Origin: Acidobacteriota bacterium
Lineage (GTDB): Bacteria > Acidobacteriota > CAIWXX01
NCBI GenBank assembly: GCA_040755995.1
Contig: JBFMAF010000035.1
Coordinates: forward strand, 160,001 to 224,000
DNA length: 64,000 nt
Direction of reading: 5' to 3'
Shown here: positions 1 through 7,798 of the stretch, piece after piece
Layout of the letters: each line of letters opens with the position of its first letter
Position numbering within the stretch: position 1 is the first letter of the stretch
The notes under the pieces: model-generated
Database searches by the model: none
Seen by the model: the letters and a program-made list of their open reading frames with translations, nothing else
Told to the model about the DNA's origin: nothing
Made by a program: the position numbers and the translations under genes

Positions 1-284
1 CGCTGGCGATGTTCATCCCCGGCCCCAACGTGTTCTTCCTGTTCTGGGCGATCCGGATACTCGGGCACTATCACGCCTACGAGGGCGGCAAGCGCCTGCT
101 GCGCCCTGACGCAGTGCGTTATCGCCCGTCGGCGGACCTCGGTGAATGGCACAAGGTGCTGAGGGACAGGATCAGCGAGCAGCTCGAACACGCGGTTGAA
201 CGGCTGGAGCACCGTACGGGTCTGCGAAACCTCCGCTCCATCCTCCTCAAGAAGATCGAGGTCAAGCACAAGCGAAAAGCTTAG
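1..284 (+). CDS. 3' end of a gene starting before the window; possibly Mit_KHE1 (mitochondrial K+/H+ exchange-related)-like protein
   Basis: The frame is open from the window edge. The motif ALAMFIPGPNVFFLFWAIRILGHYHAYEG resembles my recollection of that family's 'IPGPN..F....R...H..A..G' motif. Confidence 0.45.
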   Translation, partial: LAMFIPGPNVFFLFWAIRILGHYHAYEGGKRLLRPDAVRYRPSADLGEWHKVLRDRISEQLEHAVERLEHRTGLRNLRSILLKKIEVKHKRKA

Positions 285-391
285 CGAGGCGGGGCCTCAG
301 ACCTGCGGACGGAAGACGGGAGACGGTCCTCGGCCTAAGCACGCTTACCAGAGTCGCCAGCGGGTCTGGCGCGTGGCCCCTCCCGGTCCGC

Positions 392-2335
392 CTACTTCAG
401 CCCATCCACCAGCCAGTCGCCCAGAACCTTTTTCCCGTCCTTCTCCACTTCGTAGCGAGTCAGAAGTACGCTTGATTTCTCAGTGTCGTCCTTCAGCCTG
501 ACCGCAGCCTTTACTTCCACGCTCGATCGGCTCACGGCCCCTGTGGCCAGCAGAGCTCGTGCTCCGGGGGCGCGAGCCAGCGACTTCTGGGCCCGTGCCG
601 CCTCCGCCTTCAGAGCCTGCAGTTCAGTGTCCAGAGCGGCGACGGCCTGGGTCAACGCCTTGACCTCGGCCTGCAGATCCAGCAGAGGCGTCGGGTTGTC
701 GCTCTTGAGCGATTCCAAGAGAGAGAGCTCCTGCGTCCTCTCCTCGATCGACTTCTGGAGCGCATCAATCTGACCCGCGTACCGCGCCTCGATCTCAGCG
801 ATCTGTGCATCGGCCGTGGCCTTGGTCTCGTTGTATTCTCGGGTCTTGTTGGCCAGGTCTTCGTTGTACATTTCGATGTTGCGGATGTTCGTGTCCTTCT
901 GCGCCCGCTCCAGGTTCGTCTTCGGATTCGCATACTTGTCCACGATGTTCTGGGCCTTCGCGATCTTCTGTTTGAGCTGCTGGACGTCGTATCCAAGCCG
1001 GCCCAGATCCGCACCCGCCGCCTTGATTTCCGAATTCTTCTCGTCCAGTACCGTACTCAGCTCTCGCCTCTTCTGCGTCAGACCGATCATGATGTCGTCA
1101 GGGTCACCGGTCTTCTGCAGCGCCTCATACCTCGACAACTTCTCCTGTCTCGATGCAGCCTCCGCCTTCTTCTCCGCGAGCAGTTTCTCTTTGTCAGTCG
1201 CGACTTGACCGATCGGACCGAGTGCGAGCTGGTCGAACACCTCGCCAGCAGCCTCCACCTTCGCCTTCTCCACTGCCGGCGCGGGCCTGCCGTAGAAGAC
1301 ATTCGAGAGCGTCGCATCGTCGGGTTCCTCGCACGCACGCAGGAAGACCTTCGCGACAGTAAAGGGATCGATCGTCTCCTTCTTCAGCGCCTCCGCCCAC
1401 TGCTCGCTCGCCGTACCCTCGGAGAACAGGACGAAGATCAGCACCACCACGATGCCGATGATCACCAGTAGTCCTCCACCAGCGATGATCAGCAGCTTCG
1501 GTGAAAGCTGCGGCATCGCGAACCCCGGCTTCCTCTTGACTGGCTTCTTGCCAACCGCCGCCTTCTTCGGAACCGGCGGCGGAGCCGCCTCGGCCGGTGC
1601 CGCCTCTTCAGCCAACAGGTCCTCTATGTTCTCTGGCGGGAGCTTCTCCTCTTCCTGGGGCTTCTTCTTCCCAGGCTCGCTCTTTGGTGGCGGCGCGGCT
1701 TCGGGTTCCGGCTTCGGAGGTGGCACCGGCTTCTGTGGCTGGGCGCTCGGAGCAGGCGCTGGAGCGGCAGGCGGTGCCGCTGGGGGCGGCGCAATGGCCG
1801 GCGCAGGTTGGGCCGCGGGCCGTGGCTCGGGACGTGGTGCAGGGGCTTCCACCTTGCGCGCCGCGGGCGCCTCGCCGCGGACTTCAGACACCCCTGGCGC
1901 AACCGCTGGTGCCGCCACGGCAGGCGCTGCGGAGCCCGCGCCGGATTCCCGCGCCGCACCGCTTCCGGCGGGCTCAGCCGGGGCCGGCCCTGCTACCTGC
2001 GCGCCAGCCCCGGGGCGCTCTGCTTCGACCTCCTCCGGCTCCACTGTCACACCCTCCAGATCGACCTTTCCCTCGGGCTCCGGGACCATCTCCTCGATCG
2101 CCTTGTCAAGGTCCTCCGAGACAACCCGCGGAGGAGTATCAAGCGTGAACTCCTTCATGGCGTCGTCGAGCCCCTCGAGGAGGTCGTCCCTCCGCGCGGG
2201 CTCCTGCGGCGGCGGCGCAGCTCCCACCTCGAACGTCTGATCACACGTCTCGCACTTGACGCGCACCGGATGATCCAGTGCCTCGAGACCCGGGAAGTCG
2301 TACTCGGCCTGGCAATGTGTGCATTTTGCTTTCAT
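392..2335 (-). CDS. Zinc-ribbon (MJ0042-type finger) membrane-anchored protein with Pro/Ala-rich linker and long extracytoplasmic coiled coil
   Basis: N-terminal CTHC...CETC, then an acidic and P/A-rich low-complexity linker, one TM helix (LLIIAGGGLLVIIGIVVVLIFVLF) and a heptad-rich C-terminal half. Confidence 0.8.
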   Translation of the reverse strand: MKAKCTHCQAEYDFPGLEALDHPVRVKCETCDQTFEVGAAPPPQEPARRDDLLEGLDDAMKEFTLDTPPRVVSEDLDKAIEEMVPEPEGKVDLEGVTVEPEEVEAERPGAGAQVAGPAPAEPAGSGAARESGAGSAAPAVAAPAVAPGVSEVRGEAPAARKVEAPAPRPEPRPAAQPAPAIAPPPAAPPAAPAPAPSAQPQKPVPPPKPEPEAAPPPKSEPGKKKPQEEEKLPPENIEDLLAEEAAPAEAAPPPVPKKAAVGKKPVKRKPGFAMPQLSPKLLIIAGGGLLVIIGIVVVLIFVLFSEGTASEQWAEALKKETIDPFTVAKVFLRACEEPDDATLSNVFYGRPAPAVEKAKVEAAGEVFDQLALGPIGQVATDKEKLLAEKKAEAASRQEKLSRYEALQKTGDPDDIMIGLTQKRRELSTVLDEKNSEIKAAGADLGRLGYDVQQLKQKIAKAQNIVDKYANPKTNLERAQKDTNIRNIEMYNEDLANKTREYNETKATADAQIAEIEARYAGQIDALQKSIEERTQELSLLESLKSDNPTPLLDLQAEVKALTQAVAALDTELQALKAEAARAQKSLARAPGARALLATGAVSRSSVEVKAAVRLKDDTEKSSVLLTRYEVEKDGKKVLGDWLVDGLK

Positions 2336-2463
2336 AGATGCCTTCTGAACGACGCCATTCTAAACCAAACCGAGCGGAGATGAAATAGGAAGTTTAGTCG
2401 GCGGCCCGTGGGCGTACGTGTATGGCAATCTCGCGGTACGACTTGCGATGCGCAAGAAGCCTG

Positions 2464-2486
2464 GTAGGGGCGCGCGGCGTGCGCCC
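2464..2486 (+). repeat. GTAG-type REP-like palindrome
   Basis: GTAG followed by a GGGCGCGC-GGC-GTGCGCCC hairpin; 20/23 identical to the reverse complement of 60010-60032. Confidence 0.6.
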
Positions 2487-2524
2487 GCACGTGTGTGTGC
2501 GTGGGCGGCGGTTGACTCCGGCGC

Positions 2525-2968
2525 CTAGCTCGCCTTGGCCAGTGCCGCGGGGCTCCTGCGAACGAAGTATCCCGGGATCTCTCTGAGTCTCCTGCTGATC
2601 ACCTCTACGCCGTTGATGAACTTGTGCGCCGGGTAGTGCTTCACGAAGCTGTCGCGGCGGAGCTCATAGTCCGAATCCGGGAAGTATCGTTCTTCCGTGA
2701 TTATTGAGTTATCGCTGTCAATCCATTCCACAGTCACTCTGAACACGCGTTCGACTCTGTCGGGGGTCAGGCTCGCCGACTCCCGAACGTACGTCTCATC
2801 GTCCATCCAGTAGGAGATCTGCTCCTTCTCGACCTGCCAGCCGTACTTGTGGAGCATGAGGTAGGACCAGAGGTTGTATTCATTTAGAGGCACGAAGCGC
2901 ACGTTTCTCAGCGAGGGCAGCCCGCCGTTTTGCGCCAACGTGCATTTAACCATCTTGATCTTGCCCAT
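2525..2968 (-). CDS. Hypothetical protein (147 aa) with internal duplication
   Basis: Clean ORF with a GGAGGAA RBS and a sigma-54 promoter just upstream. Confidence 0.8.
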   Translation of the reverse strand: MGKIKMVKCTLAQNGGLPSLRNVRFVPLNEYNLWSYLMLHKYGWQVEKEQISYWMDDETYVRESASLTPDRVERVFRVTVEWIDSDNSIITEERYFPDSDYELRRDSFVKHYPAHKFINGVEVISRRLREIPGYFVRRSPAALAKAS

Positions 2969-2992
2969 CTACATTCCTCCGTCTATGATCCC

Positions 2993-3008
2993 TGCAAACT
3001 CGGTGCCA
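2993..3008 (-). promoter_or_regulatory. Sigma-54 (-24/-12) promoter
   Basis: Minus strand reads TGGCACCGAGTTTGCA, matching the TGGCAC-N5-TTGCW consensus, about 25 nt before the ATG at 2968. Confidence 0.8.
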
Positions 3009-3322
3009 CGATATCTTTCGCTCTCATCGTCCGCATCCTACTGATTAGACGCAGCAACCAGGCGTCTGGTTTTGGCCTAGAGGCGGCCAGCGTGACTATT
3101 TTTTACACAGTACTGACAAAGACGGGCGAGGCGCGGCCTCCGCCGATCGGCTCCCCTCCTACCCGCACCCGCGCCCCAGGCCGGAACCCGGACGCGACCG
3201 GGGCCCCAACCGCCAGTGGCGTTGCCCTCGCGGGCGGCATTCGCTCCCGCACAGCGGAGCCCCGGGGATACTGGGTCGACGTGGTTGCTCCTCCGTGGGA
3301 CATCTGCTAGTATCGCCGCCTC

Positions 3323-6300
3323 ATGGAGGAGCGTTCCGGCCCGAGAGGGCTTCACTTGCACCGCCTCGAGCTTCTCGGGTTCAAGTCGTTCCCCGACAAG
3401 ACTGAGTTCGTGTTCCCTGGCGGCATAACCGCTATCATCGGGCCGAACGGATGCGGCAAGAGCAACATTCCCGATGCGATCGCATGGGTCCTGGGCGAGC
3501 AGTCAGCGAAGAGCCTCAGGGCCGAGAGGATGGAAGACGTCATCTTCAAGGGGTCGCAGAGCCGCGAGCCTGTGAACATGGCCGAAGTATCGCTGACGAT
3601 GCGCATCCCGGCGGCCGAGCAGAAGGAGCTCATCATCGCGCGCAGGCTGTACCGCGACGGCCAGAGCCAGTACGTGATGAACGGCGAGGTCTGCCGCCTG
3701 CGAGATATCCACGATACGATCTTCGACACCGGGATGGGTACGCGGTCGTACTTTCTGATGGAGCAGGGGCAGATCAGTCGCATCATCGACTCGAAGCCCA
3801 CCGACCGCCGTCTGCTGATCGAAGAAGCGGCGGGTGTCAGCAAGTACCGCGCCAAGAAACACGTCACCGAGCTCAAGCTCGACGACTCCAGGCACAACCT
3901 CGAGCGCGTTCGCGACGTCATCGCCGAGGTGCGCAAGACCATGAACTCGCTCAAGCGCCAGGCCGCGACGGCCCGCAGATACCGGCGCCTCGCGCTCGAG
4001 CGCACGCGACTCCAGAAAGTCCTGCTCTCATCGCGCTACGCCGCGCTCGCGGCCGAGCTGGATGCGATCGAGCAACGCTTCACGCGGATGAGGGAGCACG
4101 AGGCGGCCCTGGCCGCGCGGCTGTCGGCTTCCGAGCTGGACCTGGAGCGTGGTGACATCGAGGCCGTGGATGCCGAGCGCAGGGCGGAGTCGATCCGCGC
4201 CGCCGTTTACGAGGCGAAGCTGGCGATCGAGAAGGCCGAGTCCGAGATAGCACAGGCGAAGGCGCAGAAGACCAATCTTGCCACGCAGATCGACCAGCGC
4301 CGCAGGCGCCTTGAGATGCTCGGAGAGAAGGATCGTCAAATAGCCGAAGCGCTCCACCGGCGCACAAGCGAAGTGGAGTCGCTGGAGACCGAGCTGCACG
4401 AGGCCGACGGCGCTTTGCGGCAGGCGCTGGGTCGTCTCGAGACGGCACAGTTCGGGTCTCAGCGCCTCGGGGAGAGGAGCCGGGAGATCCGCGCAAATCA
4501 GCGCGAGGCGGGCCTGCGCGCCGCCACGATCAAGAACGAGCTGCTGGCGGTGATGAGCGAGCGGTCGAGGCTCGAGGGGCTGGAGAACAGGCTGCAGCAG
4601 GAGCAGCAGCGGGCGCAACAGAGAATCGGCGAGCTCGACCGGATGCTGGTCGAGACCGGCTCGCGACGTCAGGCGCTCGAAGACGACCTCTCGGCAATCG
4701 CCGCCCGGTGTCGAGAAGTCTCGGCGGCCGAGAGCAGCGAAGAGTCGTTGCTCGGCGAGCTCGATGCGCGTCTGGCGGACCTTGATCGGAAGATGGGGGA
4801 GACATCCAACCGGCTGGCGGCGCTGAACGCGATCGAGCGCGGGCGAAGCCTCGTGCCGCCGGGTGTGCGGACGATTCTGGGGCGCCTCGGTGAGGAGGTC
4901 GGTGCGAGGGGAATACTCTCGGATTTCATCGAGGTCGTCGACCCAGGCCTGATCTGGCCCGTGGAGAACTACCTGCAATCCATGTTGTCGGGGATCGTCC
5001 TGGATTCTTCGTCGACCCTGGCGGCGGCTCTTGCCGCCATGCCCGCCTCAGGGCAGGTCACGTTCCTGCCGGTCGACTCCATCGGGGCCGCCGGGCCGGG
5101 CGAGCCGGCTCCACCGTGCACTCCGCTGGCCAGCCTCGTAAGAGTACACCCGCAGCTCAGCGCGATCGAGAATCTTTTTCGCGAAATCTACATCGCCGAG
5201 AATTTGGACGAAGCCCTGCGGTTGCGCGCCGCGTTTCCTTCCACGTCGTTCATAGCGCGGAAGGAGGGTGTCAGTCTGCTCCGCTCTGGGGCGGTCTTGG
5301 CGGGTGCCCCTGGGCAGATCGAGGAGAGCATCCTGTGGATCAAGGCCGAGATCAGGCGGCTGGAGGCCGAGCAGGACGCGCTCCGCGCCGAGCAGGAGCC
5401 GCTCGTGGAAGAGGAGCGCCGTCAGAGGGCGCGCGTCGAGGAGATCCGGGGCGAGCTGGCCGGGCTGACGGCGGAACAGGCCGAGACCGAACGATCGTTG
5501 TTGCTCGAGCGCCAGCAGCAGGCACAGGGGCAGCGAGAGAAGAGCGACGCCGACGAGCACATGGCGACAATCGCGCTGGAGCTCCAGCAGGCGGCCTCCG
5601 AGCGCGCGGATGCGTTGCGGCGCCAGGAGGGGCTCCAGGCATCGCTGGGTTCGGTGGAGAGCGAGCTGGGGGCGATTGAGGAGGAGCTGGAGAGGATCGA
5701 GCGGGCCGTGGCCGACGACGTCGAATCGCGGACGGCGCTGGAACGCGTCGCCGGAGATCTGCGGACTGCGCACGGACGCCTGGTAGAGCGGCATCTGGCG
5801 CTACAGACCGAGAGGACGCGCGTCGAGAGGGAAGTTGCCGAGGTGCGGTCGGAGATGGAGACATGCGCCGAGGAGATGCGTGCGTTTGCGATGCAGGCCG
5901 AGCTCAATGAGGAGACGCGCGTGCGATTGGAAGAGCAGGTGGTGACGCGCATCCGGGAGCTTCAGGGTAGAGAAGGCGAGCTGCGATCGGCCGAAGAGGC
6001 CGCCACGAGGCTCCGGGAGGACGGCGCGCAGCGCCACGAGGCGGTGAAGACGCTGCGTGCGGAGCATCAGCAGGCGGCCGAGGAGCGGTCGCGCGTAGAG
6101 CTCGCGCGCGCGGAGAAACAGCGCGACATGGCCCATCTGCGGAATGCCTTCAGGGAGGAGTTTCAGGCGCAGCCCGAGCAGGTGCTGGAGGAGATCGGGG
6201 CCGAGTCGGCGACGGCTGATGCGGAGGCGGTGGCGGCGGAGCTGGAGGAGAAGAAGGCCGAGCTGGATCGGATGGGCGCGATCAACCTGCGCGCAATGGA

Positions 6301-6880
6301 GGACTACGAGCAGGCCAAGGAGCGGTACGAGCTGCTGACGGCGCAGGAGCAGGATCTCATCACCTCGATCGACTCGATGGTCAACGCGATACAGCAGCTG
6401 GATATCGAAAGCCGCGGAAGGTTCAAGGAGGCGTTCGAGGCGATCAATGGGAATTTCCTGGAGATGTTCAAGCGGCTGTTCGGCGGCGGGAACGCCGAGA
6501 TGAGGGTGATGGAGGCGGATGACATCCTGGAGAGCGGGATCGAGATCTCGGCGCAGGTGCCCGGCAAGAAGCAGCTGCCGCTCCTGTCGCTCTCCGGTGG
6601 CGAGAAGTCGCTAACGGCCATCGCGCTTCTTTTCGCCATTTTCCATTACAAGCCGTCGCCATTCTGCATCCTGGACGAAGCCGATGCGCCGCTGGACGAG
6701 CCGAACACGGATCGATTCCTGAGACTGATCCAGGCGTTCACGGCCAGAACGCAGTTCATCCTGATCACTCACAACGTCCGGACCATGCAGGCCGCGTCCA
6801 CTCTGTACGGAATCACAATGGAAGAGAAGGGCGTCTCCCGGCAGGTTTCTGCGCGCCTGAAGGAAGCGGTCGCGGTCTGA
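3323..6880 (+). CDS. smc: Chromosome segregation protein SMC
   Basis: GFKSF, Walker A GPNGCGKSNI, two long coiled coils around a hinge, signature LSGGEKS, Walker B/D-loop FCILDEADAPLD, FILITH. Confidence 0.97.
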   Translation: MEERSGPRGLHLHRLELLGFKSFPDKTEFVFPGGITAIIGPNGCGKSNIPDAIAWVLGEQSAKSLRAERMEDVIFKGSQSREPVNMAEVSLTMRIPAAEQKELIIARRLYRDGQSQYVMNGEVCRLRDIHDTIFDTGMGTRSYFLMEQGQISRIIDSKPTDRRLLIEEAAGVSKYRAKKHVTELKLDDSRHNLERVRDVIAEVRKTMNSLKRQAATARRYRRLALERTRLQKVLLSSRYAALAAELDAIEQRFTRMREHEAALAARLSASELDLERGDIEAVDAERRAESIRAAVYEAKLAIEKAESEIAQAKAQKTNLATQIDQRRRRLEMLGEKDRQIAEALHRRTSEVESLETELHEADGALRQALGRLETAQFGSQRLGERSREIRANQREAGLRAATIKNELLAVMSERSRLEGLENRLQQEQQRAQQRIGELDRMLVETGSRRQALEDDLSAIAARCREVSAAESSEESLLGELDARLADLDRKMGETSNRLAALNAIERGRSLVPPGVRTILGRLGEEVGARGILSDFIEVVDPGLIWPVENYLQSMLSGIVLDSSSTLAAALAAMPASGQVTFLPVDSIGAAGPGEPAPPCTPLASLVRVHPQLSAIENLFREIYIAENLDEALRLRAAFPSTSFIARKEGVSLLRSGAVLAGAPGQIEESILWIKAEIRRLEAEQDALRAEQEPLVEEERRQRARVEEIRGELAGLTAEQAETERSLLLERQQQAQGQREKSDADEHMATIALELQQAASERADALRRQEGLQASLGSVESELGAIEEELERIERAVADDVESRTALERVAGDLRTAHGRLVERHLALQTERTRVEREVAEVRSEMETCAEEMRAFAMQAELNEETRVRLEEQVVTRIRELQGREGELRSAEEAATRLREDGAQRHEAVKTLRAEHQQAAEERSRVELARAEKQRDMAHLRNAFREEFQAQPEQVLEEIGAESATADAEAVAAELEEKKAELDRMGAINLRAMEDYEQAKERYELLTAQEQDLITSIDSMVNAIQQLDIESRGRFKEAFEAINGNFLEMFKRLFGGGNAEMRVMEADDILESGIEISAQVPGKKQLPLLSLSGGEKSLTAIALLFAIFHYKPSPFCILDEADAPLDEPNTDRFLRLIQAFTARTQFILITHNVRTMQAASTLYGITMEEKGVSRQVSARLKEAVAV

Positions 6881-6895
6881 CGCTTTTCCAGAGTC

Positions 6896-7798
6896 TTGAT
6901 CGAGGATCGCATTCGGGACACCGCTTTCGGCCTGGGATTCGACGCGGCCGGCATCGCTGCTCCGGAGCCGCTCCCCTACCCCGGTATGCTGCGTCGATGG
7001 CTCGCAGCCGGCTGTCATGCAACGATGGGCTGGATGGAGAGGCGGGTGGAGCAGCGCGAGGACGTACGCAGGCTCATACCGGGCGTGAAGTCAGTCGTAT
7101 GCGTCGCACTGAACAGCTATAACAGCGTGCCCGGAGGCTCCGGGGTCGCGACCTACGCGAGGAATGTGGATTACCACCTGATCTTCGCAGAGAAGCTGCG
7201 GCGACTCGCTGAGCAGATTCGCACGATCATCCCGCTATGCAGCGTGCGGGCGTTCTGCGACACCAGCGCAGTGCTCGAACGTGCGTGGGCCGAGCGCGCC
7301 GGAATCGGCTGGATCGGCAAGAACGCCCACCTCATGAGTCGCCGCTTCGGCGCATGGCTTCTGCTGGGCGGGCTGCTCGTCGATCGCGAGCTCCGGCCGG
7401 ACCAGTCCCACCCCAACATGTGCGGGCGCTGCGATCGCTGTCTGCGCGCCTGCCCGACCGGCGCCATCCGCGCTGACTATACGGTCGACAGCCGGCGGTG
7501 CATCTCGTACTTGACCATCGAGCACCGCGGCGAGATCCCTGCCGATCTCGCACCTGCTCTCGGTGGGCACCTGTTCGGATGCGACCTGTGCCTGGCGGCG
7601 TGCCCGTTCAACCGCTTCCAGCGGGAGACGTCGGAACCACGGCTGCTTCCCGGGCCGCATCTGAAGCTGCTTGACGAGATACCGCGAATGGATGAGGCTG
7701 AGTTCAAGGCGCACTTCGGCGAGACACCCCTCGCACGACCCAAGCTTGCGGGAATGCAGCGGAACTACGCTCTCTCCATGATGGGGGTCGCTGGATGA
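6896..7798 (+). CDS. queG: tRNA epoxyqueuosine reductase QueG
   Basis: YARNVDYH, ERAWAERAGIGWIGKN, CGRCDRCLRACPT, RRCISYLTIE, FGCDLCLAACPFN. Confidence 0.95.
   Translation: MIEDRIRDTAFGLGFDAAGIAAPEPLPYPGMLRRWLAAGCHATMGWMERRVEQREDVRRLIPGVKSVVCVALNSYNSVPGGSGVATYARNVDYHLIFAEKLRRLAEQIRTIIPLCSVRAFCDTSAVLERAWAERAGIGWIGKNAHLMSRRFGAWLLLGGLLVDRELRPDQSHPNMCGRCDRCLRACPTGAIRADYTVDSRRCISYLTIEHRGEIPADLAPALGGHLFGCDLCLAACPFNRFQRETSEPRLLPGPHLKLLDEIPRMDEAEFKAHFGETPLARPKLAGMQRNYALSMMGVAG

Noticed and set aside
5265..5315. SMC hinge motif reads GX6GX3AG rather than GX6GX3GG, and no scpA/scpB is adjacent
   Set aside because: This is a single conservative change with all ATPase motifs intact, and scpAB are often encoded elsewhere.
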